From NCBI GenBank assembly GCA_002811645.1, contig PDIP01000036.1:266985-330984 (forward strand): a stretch of DNA of 64,000 nt, given 5' to 3'. This stretch comes from Corallochytrium limacisporum Hawaii (Eukaryota; Protista; Pluriformea). The notes under the pieces were generated by a model, which was given only the letters and a program-made list of their open reading frames with translations, was not told the DNA's origin and did not search any database. Below are positions 11,801 to 24,200 of this stretch, in pieces; the stretch's first letter is position 1; each line of letters opens with the position of its first letter. Position numbers and translations under genes: made by a program.

Positions 11801-13941
11801 ACACTACGTTTGTGATGATGTTAATATGTATGGATGGCTTGAAAGCTCCCAGATTTTGAAGCAAAGGACTGAATTGTCAACCGAACAATCAGCGCGTTTT
11901 CTTTACTTGTTTAAGTGCTTTAGAATTCTCGGAAGGACGCACGTCTTTCGAATTCTGCAATAAAGCTAATTACCCACAGTCGAAGCCAATTCGGACAAGT
12001 AGGAGGTTCCATCAGTTTGAACCTCCCGCACCCACACGCGCACCCACACACAGCAAAAAGAACAATTTGCAAGGAACGCATGAAATGAGTTTCGATATTG
12101 AACTGGTGAACGCACATCCCGGTATACGCACTCTTCTTTCCGTCCTACGCACAGAGTACCGGGACGACCGACCCATCGCGTGCCCCGACGAGAAAGATTT
12201 CTCAGTGTACCGAAGAGAACTCATTTCTATAACAAAGCAATCGAAGGAATGTAACATGTTTCTCCACCATGAAGTCACGAGTGTTTTGCCAGATTGCAGC
12301 CGGAAGCGAAGCATGTCATGTGTATTGCTATCGTTATAGGACCTCAACACCACCATGTCTATACTACCAATAACTGAATGGTTCCTGATCCTGTCACATT
12401 TGCCTCCCCTCAACAATTTTGTTACTTCGTCCCGGTTTCCTCTTTGTCGTCGATTTTCGTCTGCGCTCTGTCTGTTCCTCGGCACGCAGTCATTTTCCTA
12501 ATCTATTACACGCTTTCTGTGGTTGAATACCCAGGTGTGACCATGCGCGTCGGAAAGTATTTTCCCGCGACTACCCTGCAAACCCAACAAGAAACAGAGA
12601 ACAATCCGCTTAATCATCGCTGGTGGAAACAAACGCGATATATAGTCCACGATCATCCTCTAAACTCGGGTAGAGAAGATACCAAATGCTGAAGACCAAA
12701 CAATAAGACTACGCACACTGGGGTCTGTTCCGCACGGAGGTGTACAGGACCTTCTCCGGTGACGTTGTCCACAGTTACAAATTCTCACAGTTTGACGCAA
12801 AGTCATACACAGGTAAACATAGGGCAAGGAATGTCACCTCACCCCTGGACATCCAACATCCATGGCACTATGCGGTGATGAAATTCCTGACGTTCGAAAA
12901 TATCGCCTGTACGTTTAGTATATATGTCTCCGTTGTTTGCTCATGCGGCTGCATGATGATAAAGTGGGGTTTGCTTGCGGGACATCAGCAAAAATCCACA
13001 CGAATCGACAACTGTTGGACTCCTTGCAAACCGTCTACGTCTTTCATAGATTTCGTCGCAGTGTACTATTCGGACGGCTTGCCCCTCCCCTCTGGTGTGG
13101 GCCTCTGCTTATCATGCGTTGCTGTATTCCAGCAAATTAGAAAAGAAAAAGAAAAAGATTAGAAAAAATTCAACGGGATTTGAAGGAAGAAAGAGAAAAC
13201 ACACAAAAAAAACTGAACAACTAAGCGTTGGCAATTAAATATCAACAGCGAAATGTTACCATGTCCGTGACCTTGTGCAGTGCTTTACCAAATAATGGCA
13301 ATATATTTTGTATAAAAAATCGACTTTTTGGAATCTGTCGACCTATCTAATGCTTGACATCCACCGACATGCAGAATTAGTGGACGGGTCCCACTGGGCC
13401 CCGGCCCGGAAACTCCTTTGGGGCGCGAAATATTTTTTTGCGGTCGATGAATTACTGGTCCATTCATTCCCTATTGGAAGGAGTTCTCCGAATTTCTCTG
13501 GAAGAGACTATTCGTATCTCGCCCCTTCCAGCGCAACAAGGCCGGATTGCACAAGAGGCCCCGCCCCGTCATCGTCGCTCAATCGGGGTGCCCATTCGTT
13601 GACACCTTTCGATAATTTTCGGCTTGGTTCGTTAATGAGTTTATTGTGGTTTCAGTTAGTGTGACAAGGGTGGGCGTTTGGAGTGACCCGCGCGAAACGT
13701 TTGAGTTGAGGGGTCAAAAAATGTACCCAGCCCTGCCCCGAAGTGAGAACCCAGGAACTTGACCAGTACTTTCAACGACAAAACTGGTCTGTTATTTCAT
13801 TCAGAGCAGGTACACAAGAAGCAATGAATTCGTTGTGACTTTGCCGCTTTCAATGTAGGATTGTTTTGGAAGCTGCAGCGCCCTATGTGGTGCAACACCT
13901 AGCGCAATGAATGATCCAATGTGAGGGCGTTGTAGGTTTGC

Positions 13942-16900
13942 ATGAAAATGGTAGGTCCTGTACCATGCTCGGCAAATTCCAGCATCCCTGGGTATCACCC
14001 TATCACAGGATTTTCAGAGAAGCTGGTGGAATGGTATCGCTCCCCACTTATTGAGTACAGCTTCCATAAACCGTCATGTCCCCGCCACATAGCAAAGACA
14101 TGGCAAATAGAATACAGCTCGGTCGTGCCCAGTAGGGGCGATTTCAAATTCAATTTCAGACTGGCACAAGCTGCACTTTTAGCATTTCTTGCCACGTGCA
14201 AGTCGTTTGGGACTTCAGACATTCAGAGATCAAACATAATGAAGATCCAGACCGCCTATGACGACCTCGGAAAGCACCTCGTCGCCTTGTACAACAGTGT
14301 TGGGCTGAACGCAGAGCATGCTGATGGTCGTGTGGAGACAGTGGTCACTTTCTTCTCAAGTGCCCTACGTGAGGCCATAGGCAATGCTTTTGCTTCGGAC
14401 AGGATAGGTGATTGCGCCGTATTATTTCTTTACGCGGACATCATCAACTTCATGAACGAATTGATACAGCTGGCCACATGCACGTCTCTGTCAGATTGTT
14501 ACCGGGCTATGATTCGGGACATAATGACCTATCTGGAGAAACCGGGACGCGAAGGCAACAATGAAATTTTGTTTCTATGTCTGCATCGCGTCTGTAAGGG
14601 CGCTATTTTAATGGATCATCTGTCTTGTGAAGACGTGCTCAACTCAATATCGATGCGAAATACAACAAACTTGGCAGATCTTATGTGCTGGTGGGACATC
14701 GTCCAAGGCCTGAGCGAGAGCCTGCCGGCATCGCATGCGCCGAGCATGCCGGAAGGACTACCAATGATGGTGAAGCGAATACTGTCATGCCCCGATACTA
14801 GCTGTTGTGAAGACAACAGTGAGGTGGCGAATACAATACATCAAATGGTCCGCAAGATAGAAACGGTAGCGATCTGGCTGGATCGACCAATTGCATTGCT
14901 GGACGCCTTGCAACGTGTGGTCCAATGGATCGCAGGTGAGTGCAACAACTCATCTTTGCTCTTACAACTTTGTGAGACCTTCAATTCCTTGCTTTCCAGC
15001 GCGAGAGTGAAGGACGTCTCAGAGATGAAACTACTCTCCACCATGTTTGCACGCACAATCCCTTTTCTAGCAAATCCACCGACAGGGGACAGCTCCATGC
15101 TCCATGACATGCTTCGTGTAAGATTGGAATGTACAGCTTTGTTTGGCAGCTTCCCAAAGTTGTTTCAAAAGTGCAGGATGCTAGTTATTGAATTGTATGA
15201 TTCCACCACATGGGATCTCACTGCGACTCTCTTGTTTTGTCGATCACCGTTTTTGTTCCGAAATCACTGGACACATCCCCGCCTCAAGATTGCAATGTCC
15301 GAAATCGATACACTGAAGATCGATGATCATCTGCTGTTCCTGAAAGAGCACAAGCTCAATGCAGAACGCTGTCTATTGTACATCCATACCATGCCCCTGT
15401 TCATCCCCGACCCAAACGGCTGTTGCCCAAGGAAAAGTAGCGCTTTCATTCAAAGCTTAGAGACTATCCTTTACGCTTGCGAAAGCTACATGAGAGGCTA
15501 TTTCAAAGATTCCCGTGCCCTTGCGGAGAGCTGGAGAAAATGTCGTGCACATGGATGCGAGTTGGACGGTACAAAGACATGCACGCGGGCAAGGTCACAT
15601 GAAGGCAGAGCAATCTTTAGCTACCTTAGGAAGAACCTGTACTCTATCTTGCTCAGCCTCATCTTCCCAGGGTTACCGGGGGAGCAGTCCCCCTATTGTG
15701 TTCCCGGCTATCAGGGTCCTGATGTGCCTTTCCGGGCATTTGCTTGCCTTGGCACCCTTTGTCACTGTTGGTGTCCTTCGGAGTTCACGTATTTCTTGGA
15801 TGATCTCGGTGTCAGATCGTCATATGGTCTTCAGCAATCTCATAGGAGGCTGATGTCTGCACTGCGATGGTCTTTTGAAAGCATGCACCTTCAAAGCCTG
15901 CTCTCTTGCAACCATGCCCTCCTCTTCCAGGCATACGAAGTCGCTATGAACCAACGAGCCACTCAGCAGGATCTCAATGGTCTCTACTCCGCTATCTTGG
16001 AACACAAATGGTCCGGCGAACCCGTCAATGTATCCAGTTGGGTAAGGTTCTTGTCCCAAACGCCAAAATCATTTGCAGGCCTTGTGCTTGTGGGATACTT
16101 CCGGAAGACGACCTCTGTTGATGCACCACACCATAGATCCATCGAGAATGCCTTGATTGATATTACCAATGCAGGTGATGAAATTTCGGGGACCACCCTG
16201 TGGGTTGATGAACACAAAGTTTTCACCGCTGCTGACAGTCTCCTTCCACTATCACGCTCAATGAAGTTGTGTGCTACGGACGTCATGTACATGCTTGCTC
16301 AAGAACCCCCTTTGGGGGATACATCGCCTCCATCTGTAGCTCTACTTTCCCTGCTAAGCGTAGCCGATACTACCACGGACGATGATCCGCTGTCAGTGGA
16401 CAAATGGCCTGGCGGACCTGCAAAGGCATGGAAAGGGTTGTCTGCATTTTGTAGATTGCTGTGGAGGTTGAACTATTTTACAGACTTGGTTTATGAGAAG
16501 CTTCCCGGCGAGAACAGTCTGCGCTGGCATCGGGACCGAGGTTTGGATCAACATGGACAGTTACTTTGCCGTCTACATAGGCGCCTCATGCACCTTGTCA
16601 TTGTCCACTTTCCAGAGTACGCCACTAAGCAACCCATACTGCCTGACTATGAAGAATGTGCCGTGCTTCTGTTTGCGACAGGATGCATGAGCGATGATTC
16701 CAAGTTTTCTGAATTGAACACAGACTACGTAATTCAACTTCTCTTGGCTGTGTCTAGGGCTGAGGGTTCCCAGATCCTCAATCCAATTCACATGGTCCAA
16801 AACAACCGGATAGCCGTGCCGCGACTGAGGATAAAGGTGTGGGACGAGTGGTGGACAACCGACTCCAAACCGCGAAGGGGTGACTGCGAAATGCGTGGCC

Positions 16901-17109
16901 CGGAACCGTGCACTAGGGAAGAGGCTGAATTTCTTGCCTACAGAACCCGTCGTAGAGGCTGTGAACCACTGCCAGGCCATCTTCCACGGCGCATTGTCAT
17001 GGCCGCCATTGATCTATTTCACCTAGCCAGTGTCAAAGACTTCATTGAACAGGAGTTCATCCGAATCGATCCAGAGTGGAAAAGGAATCTGTCTGACCCA
17101 CTGACATGA
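13942..17109 (+). CDS. Hypothetical 1055-aa Leu/Cys-rich, probably alpha-helical protein
   Basis: 3.2-kb uninterrupted ORF with no overlapping gene. No family recognised. Confidence 0.75.
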   Translation: MKMVGPVPCSANSSIPGYHPITGFSEKLVEWYRSPLIEYSFHKPSCPRHIAKTWQIEYSSVVPSRGDFKFNFRLAQAALLAFLATCKSFGTSDIQRSNIMKIQTAYDDLGKHLVALYNSVGLNAEHADGRVETVVTFFSSALREAIGNAFASDRIGDCAVLFLYADIINFMNELIQLATCTSLSDCYRAMIRDIMTYLEKPGREGNNEILFLCLHRVCKGAILMDHLSCEDVLNSISMRNTTNLADLMCWWDIVQGLSESLPASHAPSMPEGLPMMVKRILSCPDTSCCEDNSEVANTIHQMVRKIETVAIWLDRPIALLDALQRVVQWIAGECNNSSLLLQLCETFNSLLSSARVKDVSEMKLLSTMFARTIPFLANPPTGDSSMLHDMLRVRLECTALFGSFPKLFQKCRMLVIELYDSTTWDLTATLLFCRSPFLFRNHWTHPRLKIAMSEIDTLKIDDHLLFLKEHKLNAERCLLYIHTMPLFIPDPNGCCPRKSSAFIQSLETILYACESYMRGYFKDSRALAESWRKCRAHGCELDGTKTCTRARSHEGRAIFSYLRKNLYSILLSLIFPGLPGEQSPYCVPGYQGPDVPFRAFACLGTLCHCWCPSEFTYFLDDLGVRSSYGLQQSHRRLMSALRWSFESMHLQSLLSCNHALLFQAYEVAMNQRATQQDLNGLYSAILEHKWSGEPVNVSSWVRFLSQTPKSFAGLVLVGYFRKTTSVDAPHHRSIENALIDITNAGDEISGTTLWVDEHKVFTAADSLLPLSRSMKLCATDVMYMLAQEPPLGDTSPPSVALLSLLSVADTTTDDDPLSVDKWPGGPAKAWKGLSAFCRLLWRLNYFTDLVYEKLPGENSLRWHRDRGLDQHGQLLCRLHRRLMHLVIVHFPEYATKQPILPDYEECAVLLFATGCMSDDSKFSELNTDYVIQLLLAVSRAEGSQILNPIHMVQNNRIAVPRLRIKVWDEWWTTDSKPRRGDCEMRGPEPCTREEAEFLAYRTRRRGCEPLPGHLPRRIVMAAIDLFHLASVKDFIEQEFIRIDPEWKRNLSDPLT

Positions 17110-17528
17110 GCGCTCGGGAGCGCGTATCGCAGGTGTTTGAATTCTCCACATACACAGTAGACCATAGCATGTACGTAACCATAACTATTGTGAAATAAAG
17201 GATACATGTAGATCAAGCTGGGAAAGGTTCATGAGGTCCTTTCCGAACAAGTTACTCCTTGTCTCGCACTCCCTGCTCTCCCAAAAAAGTTTCAAACCCT
17301 TCCCGCCCATTAACGAAATGGCCCTGGCCCGGATAGTGCCGACCGCCAAGACTCTCCCACAGCACGCCTCTCTCACACCAAATGGAAAGAAAATTTCTCT
17401 TGAATCGAGTACTGAACGTCCTGAAGTTTCTGGAGCACTTTCCGCCGCCCGACTTTTCTAGCCCCTTTCCTCGCTTGATCGGAGATCAAGGGCACACGGT
17501 CCATACAAACGAGGGGAGGGAGGGGTCT

Positions 17529-17557
17529 CCCGACCCCCCGGGGGGGGGGGGGTCGGG
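17529..17557. promoter_or_regulatory. CnGn inverted repeat about 270 bp upstream of TRAP1
   Basis: CCCGACCCCCC-G7-GGGGGGTCGGG, with perfect 11-bp inverted arms. Confidence 0.4.
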
Positions 17558-17818
17558 TAAGGGGCGAGTAGTGGCCCGCGGGAGAACCCATGTGAACGCG
17601 GTGGCTGCGGGCGGTCATGCGTGGAGTTGAAATGGCACATATTGACAGGTGAGGACTTGAGCCAATTGCTTGTGACAGCAAAGAAGAGGGCCAAAGTGGC
17701 TTAGGTGCTTAATGCAGGTCCATTGATATACTGAGAATAAGATCTTCATGAGGCTAAGAATAGACTGTGAACAGTACTTTAATTAAAAGCGGACTAGGGT
17801 CGATCCTCATTTCAAACA

Positions 17819-19948
17819 ATGTGGGTTCGTGCTTCAGGTTTGCTAGGTTCCGCTGGGAGGTCCCTGTGGCGGTCGCGGTCCCATTTTGTGGCTACCTTGC
17901 CAGCCAGTGCTACTGCTGCGCTGCTCGGCGGTTCTATCGTTCAAGCACGAAAGGGAGCCACCAAGTTCGGGGGTCTGGACAACTTGATCAGGGCCTACTC
18001 CACCGACACAGGGGCTGACGACAAGAAGGAGGGCGAGAACTCGGAACATGCTGTGACAAACACGGAGAAGGTTACTGGAGACATGGAAAGCCAGGAGTTC
18101 CAGGCCGAAACTGCGAAGCTTTTGGACATTGTCGCTCATAGCCTGTACAGTGAGAAAGAGGTCTTCGTTCGTGAGGTCATTTCCAATGCGAGCGATGCCC
18201 TGGAAAAACTGCGCCACTTCGAACTCGAGGGTAAAGGCCACGAGGACCCGGACCTGCCTCTAGAAATTCGCATCACCACCGACGAGGAAGCAGGCACTAT
18301 TACTATCCAGGACACCGGTATTGGTATGTCCAAGGACGAGCTGATGCGCAATCTTGGTACCATTGCTCACAGCGGCTCCAAAGCCATGGTCAACAAGCTG
18401 GAAGAGGCATCTGGGAACAGCGAGGGGGACAAACAGCTGCGCATGAACATTATTGGTCAGTTTGGTGTAGGTTTCTATTCTACCTTTATGGTCGCAACTA
18501 AAGTCAATGTGTACTCTAAAAGTGCCGAGCCTGGCTCCAAGGGATACGCCTGGGAGAGTGATGGCCGTGGAAAGTACACCATTGCTGAGGCTGAAGGAGT
18601 CCAACGCGGTACAAAGATTGTGATCACTTTACGTGATGACGACAAAGAGTATGCGAAGACTGGCCGCGTTGAAGACGTGATCAAAAAGTACTCCAACTTT
18701 GTTGGGTTTGGTATCTACTTGAACGGACAGAAAGTAAACACTGTGCAGGCGCTCTGGACCAAACGTACTTCCGAGGTTACCACAGATGAGCTGAATGAAT
18801 TCTACCGCTTTGTTGGGAAAGCTTGGGATGATCCCCTGTTTACCATGCAATTCATGGCCGATGCCCCCATTGATATCAAGACTCTGCTGTTCTTCCCCAC
18901 CACCCACACCGAGAAGTTCGGAATGGGCCGACTCGAGCCCGGGGTCCACCTGTACGCTCGCAAAGTGCTGATCAAGTCTCACATTGACAAGCTTCTGCCG
19001 CAGTGGCTGCGCTTTGTGAAGGGAGTTGTCGACTCTGAAGACATTCCTCTCAATATTAGCCGTGAAATGCTCCAGGACAACCGGCTCGTCCAGAAGATTG
19101 GTGATGTGGTTACTGGCCGCATCCTGAAATTCTTGAACGACAAGGCAAAGTCTGACCCCGAGGACTTCAAGAAATTCTACAACGAATTCCAGCAGTTCCT
19201 CAAAGAGGGTGTGCTCACTGACATGTCCCACAAACAGGATATTGCATCTCTTTTGCGATTTGAGTCTTCTGCCATGCAAGCTGAGGAGAGTGTTGGTCTC
19301 AAGGAGTACATTGAGCGTATGAAGGAGGATCAGGAGGAGATTTACTACCACCAGGCTGCTTCTCGCGAACTGGCTGAATCTTCTCCATACTTCGAGGTCT
19401 TCAAAGACAATGGCTACGAAGTGCTCTTCTGCTATGACAACATTGATGACATTGCATTGACCAACCTCGGCGAGTTCTCCGGCAAGAAGATCAAGAGCAT
19501 CGAGTCCGGTGATGTCAAGATTGGTGATGATACCGGTAATACCTTGGAAGGCAATGAAGACCTCGTGGAGTACCTCAAGGAGGCCCTCGGCGAGGACCGC
19601 GTTAACGAGATCAAGGCCAGCCAGCGTTTGGTTGACTTCCCGTGCGTCATCGTTGATCACCAGAGCCAGTCCACTCGCCGTATCATGCAGATGATTGACT
19701 CCAAGATGGGCAAATGGCTTGGTCCCCAGACCCTTGAGGTCAACTTCAACCATCCTCTAATCAAGCAACTGAACGAGGTTCGCACTGCGGATGCTGACTT
19801 TGCCAAGATCATGGCAGAACAGCTGTGGGATAATGCCCTCATTGCGGCTGGCCTTCTGGACGACCCCAAGACGATCATTAAGCGTGTGAACACTATCCTG
19901 GGTCGCGCTGCCAAGGTAGCTGGTGCCACGACTGAGGAGTCTAAGTAA
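17819..19948 (+). CDS. TRAP1: Mitochondrial HSP90 (TRAP1)
   Basis: FQAET..LLDIVAHSLYSEKEVFVREVISNASDA, IGQFGVGFYS, GVVDSEDIPLNISRE. Presequence present, no charged linker, no C-terminal MEEVD. Confidence 0.95.
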   Translation: MWVRASGLLGSAGRSLWRSRSHFVATLPASATAALLGGSIVQARKGATKFGGLDNLIRAYSTDTGADDKKEGENSEHAVTNTEKVTGDMESQEFQAETAKLLDIVAHSLYSEKEVFVREVISNASDALEKLRHFELEGKGHEDPDLPLEIRITTDEEAGTITIQDTGIGMSKDELMRNLGTIAHSGSKAMVNKLEEASGNSEGDKQLRMNIIGQFGVGFYSTFMVATKVNVYSKSAEPGSKGYAWESDGRGKYTIAEAEGVQRGTKIVITLRDDDKEYAKTGRVEDVIKKYSNFVGFGIYLNGQKVNTVQALWTKRTSEVTTDELNEFYRFVGKAWDDPLFTMQFMADAPIDIKTLLFFPTTHTEKFGMGRLEPGVHLYARKVLIKSHIDKLLPQWLRFVKGVVDSEDIPLNISREMLQDNRLVQKIGDVVTGRILKFLNDKAKSDPEDFKKFYNEFQQFLKEGVLTDMSHKQDIASLLRFESSAMQAEESVGLKEYIERMKEDQEEIYYHQAASRELAESSPYFEVFKDNGYEVLFCYDNIDDIALTNLGEFSGKKIKSIESGDVKIGDDTGNTLEGNEDLVEYLKEALGEDRVNEIKASQRLVDFPCVIVDHQSQSTRRIMQMIDSKMGKWLGPQTLEVNFNHPLIKQLNEVRTADADFAKIMAEQLWDNALIAAGLLDDPKTIIKRVNTILGRAAKVAGATTEESK

Positions 19949-20375
19949 ACACGGGGTGCTTCTAAACTCTACGTGTACATAAATATCATACAGCATCTCA
20001 CATTACAAACAAAATAACAAAGCAACTTGTGATTCTTTTCTGGGTGTCTCATTTTACAATTACGTATTGCTTCTTTCTTTTGGATTTTCAAATTCATTGA
20101 AAGGCGGAATGAAAAAATGCAGAAGGATGTATCTTTAAAAGTTTCGGAAAAGTTGCACTCTCAAGTCACAGAAACTTGCGATCCCCACAGAGTCACCATG
20201 CCCGTGGCCAAAAGTTCAATGGCTCTACCATTGGGGATGTGCCTTTCGTGTTCATGGATGGTGTGCATGTATAACGGTTCATTCCCCTAGGATGAGTGCG
20301 GGGCCTCCTCCGAGACGCGTGTCAACCAAACCAGGCCGGAAGATCACAGTGAACAACAGCTTGCTTGTCATTGAT

Positions 20376-20888
20376 CTACTGGCATCCCGGCAGGTCAGTG
20401 CCATTTCCACCGTTAGTGTTGAGAATCAGAGCAACAATCAGACCGTACAGACCCAAAACTTCGGCAAAAATGAGAATCAGAATCATACCGACAAACAAAC
20501 GGGGCTGCTGCGCGGTACCACGAACGCCAGAGTCACCGACAATACCGATGGCGAAGCCAGCGGCCAGACCGGAGAAGCCAACGGCCAAACCGGCGCCCAT
20601 GTTCACGAAACCGCGGAACAGGGTGTATGCCTGGAGATCACCTCCGAAGTCATTAGCGATCAGGACAGCAACGACCAGACCGTAAATAGCCAGAATACCA
20701 GCCATGACGACGGGAATAATGGACTTCATAATAAGCTCGGGGCGGAGCACGGACATGGCAGCAATGCCAGTGCCAGATTTGGCAGTACCGTAGGCAGCAC
20801 CCAGGGCACTAAAGATCATGGCAGAGCTCGCGCCGAGCACACCGAAGAAAGGTGCGTAGACGGGGCAATAGTCCTTCTCGTCAGCCAT
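20376..20888 (-). CDS. ATP6V0C: V-ATPase 16-kDa proteolipid subunit c
   Basis: From ATG 20888: [16 protein letters not shown]...[10 protein letters not shown]...[28 protein letters not shown], with the conserved Glu in TM4. Confidence 0.97.
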   Translation of the reverse strand: MADEKDYCPVYAPFFGVLGASSAMIFSALGAAYGTAKSGTGIAAMSVLRPELIMKSIIPVVMAGILAIYGLVVAVLIANDFGGDLQAYTLFRGFVNMGAGLAVGFSGLAAGFAIGIVGDSGVRGTAQQPRLFVGMILILIFAEVLGLYGLIVALILNTNGGNGTDLPGCQ

Positions 20889-22375
20889 TGTGTTGGTTAG
20901 GTAACGTAAACACACGTAACTAGAATAAATATGTGCAGAAAAAAGAGAAATTTCAATCAACAAAAAGTATGCTGCAGAAAGGAAGATCAACTGAAGCGAT
21001 ATCAGGAGTCTTAGTTAGTAACAGTTCGTTGACAAGAGTGTTTGCATCCAAATACATGAGCAAGATTTGACGTATCCGTTGATGAGAAGCCCTATTTACT
21101 GAAACCCACGCAGCCACTGATTTGTTTGCACCGTAGGCTGCCTTGTATTCCCAACGAGTCAGTAGAGACGTTGATTCGAAACCTACCATCGACAAAATAA
21201 TCAGTCACTGCGGCGCTTGTGGCCCGCTGCCGTAAACCGGCTTCTTCCCGCTGCGATCTTGTTAGTTCTGCTACGCGCCTAAAGGATTTTCCGCACCATA
21301 GATAGTCTTCTCACTCATTTGTTTGCTCTTGCAATTACTTACCTTTTGTCAATTGATCAGTGGTACACAACCCGAGAAAATCCAGCCACATCAGAGTCAA
21401 CAACCTGCAACTTGTAGCTTTTCATTCATTCTGGTGTATATCGAAACAACACTAGGTCAATCATCTGGTCCGAATATCAGAGTCTGTGCAATGCATCAAG
21501 CTCGTTGCTGCACGTTCAACAGACTCATGCACTAACGCCGGTGGCACACCGCTTTGGTTCCTCGTCCCGAGAGTGGAGCGCTCTCCACAGTTCCCAGAAC
21601 AAGCAAATCTACGGTGCCTGTAGAAGAGCGGTGTGTGTGTTCCGAGTGCGGTGGTCGCGACACAAGGCTTCGGCCACGTCAGATGAGTGACACGGTCAGA
21701 CACACAGCCCACTGCAGAGCACAGAAGTACCGAAGTCGCGTGCAGTTCAGTACAGTGGGACAGACTTAAAAAAAAGCAAAAACACCTCTTGGCTCTCCGC
21801 AATCGCAGAGTAGGCACGGGAAATCGAGTATCGATCCCCCCCCCCTCCTTCCGGTGTACTCACCGCCAGGGATGTGTATCCCAGCCCTGGGGGCATGAGA
21901 AGAGAGTCAGCCACAGGGCCTTTTTTTCGGTGAGGAAGAGAAGGGAAGGGGGGGGGGTTAGTACTGAGTGGCGGGTCTAAGACTTGGGCCACTGCGAGTT
22001 TTTTTTTCTCGGTCGTTCCTTATTTTGTTTTTGTTTTGGTCTTGCCGCTCTACTGAACATACTGCACTCACCGTCGCTCCCGGTGGGAAGAATCGCCTGA
22101 AAAAGCTGCCATAAAATTTTCTGGGTGTCCAGTACCCAAAGTCCCCCTCCCTGGGGTCGAATGCAAGGGAAAAAAAGAGCCGAAAAAAGCCAGTCTCGCT
22201 TCTCTTCACAGTAGAGAAGGGAGGGGTGGGGCAATACCGATGCTTTTAGCGCCTCCGGGTTTTTTGTTTTGTTTTGGCCTTCCCGGTGCTTTGCGAGCAA
22301 ATGGGCAGAAATGAGGGGGAGCCTTGGTGCCTGTCGGGGTCGGCGTTTGGTCCCTTTGTCCTTTGGGGACCAAGC

Positions 22376-22376
<1 letters not shown>

Positions 22377-22446
<70 letters not shown>
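22377..22446. repeat. (AC)35 microsatellite
   Basis: Perfect dinucleotide run followed by a short CT run. Confidence 0.98.
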
Positions 22447-22448
<2 letters not shown>

Positions 22449-23251
22449 GCGCTCTCTGTCTCTCTCTCTGTATGGGCAGAGATTGATCGAGGGTCTCCGT
22501 CCGTCGCCTAACCCCCCTCATTGCCAAGGATGGCTGTGTCCACTCTCCGCCTACTCAACTGCTTGGCCTCGTTTGTCCCAATGTCGCTGTGCCGCCGTGC
22601 TGGAGACAAAATGAGTCAGGCGGACCAACCAAACCCCCCCCCTCCCCGCGGGGTCCTCCACCGCACCTCTGTGCCGTATGTTTTGAAGCTGAGCCACAGT
22701 GGGACCGGCGCGCTAGTTCCCGAGTTGGGTTCTCACCCTCGCTTTATAACAGCCCCAGACCTGAGCCTCTTTGCGGGGTATAAACATTGGGCTTGAGCAG
22801 GAGGGGTTGTTTTCGTTAGAGGGAAGCCCGTCGCTTGGGGGGGGGACCGCCCTGTCCTCCCTTTCGTCCTCCCTTTTTTTTTGTTTTTGTATTTCTTTTT
22901 GCAACACGGGTTTTGGTTTATGCGTCGGCCCCAGTGGATTGATTCCTTTGATTTCATACGTCTGGATATGTGATATGGTTCTTTGTTGTCCAGAGCAATG
23001 TGAAGCTGATTCAATATCTTTATGTGAATGTATTGCTTGCGCTTGGTTGTGATTGGAAACTTATGAATCAATGTTAGAGCGCATAGGGGAGAGGACCTAA
23101 GCGATGGCGGGTTCGCGGACCCAGTTGTAGCGCCACCAGGCGATGTTCAGCGAGGTAGTCGGGTATTTGATGAAGCCTACATGTGTAGTGGAGTGTGAAG
23201 ACACTAAGGCAAGTTCTGTTCCAATACACAACAAAGAATTTAGACGGTATT

Positions 23252-24084
23252 ATGAGTGTACCTTTAACGGAACTGTCTCCCATCAAGCTTACGCTTGTAC
23301 AGTACACGACAGGTGACAAGCTCGGCCATCTCTTGGCCTATGCGAGTCTCTTGCCCGTTGCTGCGGTAGTTGTGGCGATCAGTGCGGTCGCCTTCCGGAG
23401 AGACATACATTCAGTAAGTGTTTGACTAATTTGGTCGACAATTTCGACAAGCAGCCGAGTATACTAACGAAATCCTATTATCACAAATCGTAATCTTCAA
23501 TTCAGGCATTCGTCTTTCTGGGGATTTGTGCATCTGAAGCTTTGAACATCATGCTGAAGAATTACATTAAGGAGCCAAGGCCTCCGTCTGGTAAGTATTT
23601 GATACGTTTTTGGAGATCAGAAGAATGACAAGAAACATTGACCTAACATAAGGAGACACTCTACATCACTTATAACAACACAGGTGTATGGGGAAGCTAT
23701 GGAAAGTACGGAATGCCTTCCGACCATGCGCAGGTCAGTGCCTTCCTGGTTGTGTACCTGACAATCTACGCTTTGGCCAACCTTACCATTACGCCATCTG
23801 CACTGAAGTACATAGGGATTATGTGCATGTGGGTCTGTGGTGCGGCAGTGATGTATTCTCGTGTGTACCTGACATACCACACAGAGAGGCAGGTCTATGT
23901 CGGAATGGGCGTCGGAGCCGCGCTTGGTTTGGCATGGTGGGCTCTGTACAATGCAACCGTGGGATACTTCCCTGTTATCGCATCAACCGTCCCATTCCGG
24001 CAACTACACTTCAAGGACACCACCCATATTCCCAATGTCCTCGCGTTTGAACAGGCGCAGGTGCAAAAGAAAAAGAAAAAGTAA
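23252..24084 (+). CDS. DOLPP1: Dolichyl-pyrophosphate phosphatase (PAP2 family), 3 exons: 23252-23413, 23506-23590, 23684-24084
   Basis: Two GTAAGT...CAG introns (92 and 93 nt; branch sites TACTAAC and ACCTAAC) join the exons in frame. Product has C1 KNYIKEPRP, C2 GMPSDH, C3 SRVYLTYHTERQ, N-terminal LTLVQYTTGD and a C-terminal poly-Lys ER-retrieval-like tail. Confidence 0.9.
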
Positions 24085-24200
24085 ACAGCTAAAGAAACTC
24101 CTTGATCAACAGACATGCAACAAACCACTTCGATCGTCCTCGATATCTTGGATGCTAATTCGTTCTATATTCGATGGCTTACCCGCCGATATGCAGCAAC

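Noticed and set aside
12067-12339. Short ORF containing FDIELVNAHP, reminiscent of a viral or transposon polymerase motif
   Set aside because: One short motif with no supporting flanking similarity; likely chance.
18629-19753. 374-aa antisense ORF, and similar shadows opposite fumarase, V-ATPase c, Src and the insulinase
   Set aside because: Antisense shadows of strongly codon-biased real genes, with no independent motifs.
21977-22614. ORFs with HTHTHT or VCVCVC runs, and REREREr/LSLSLS ORFs near 59500-59870
   Set aside because: Translations of (AC)n and (GA)n microsatellites.
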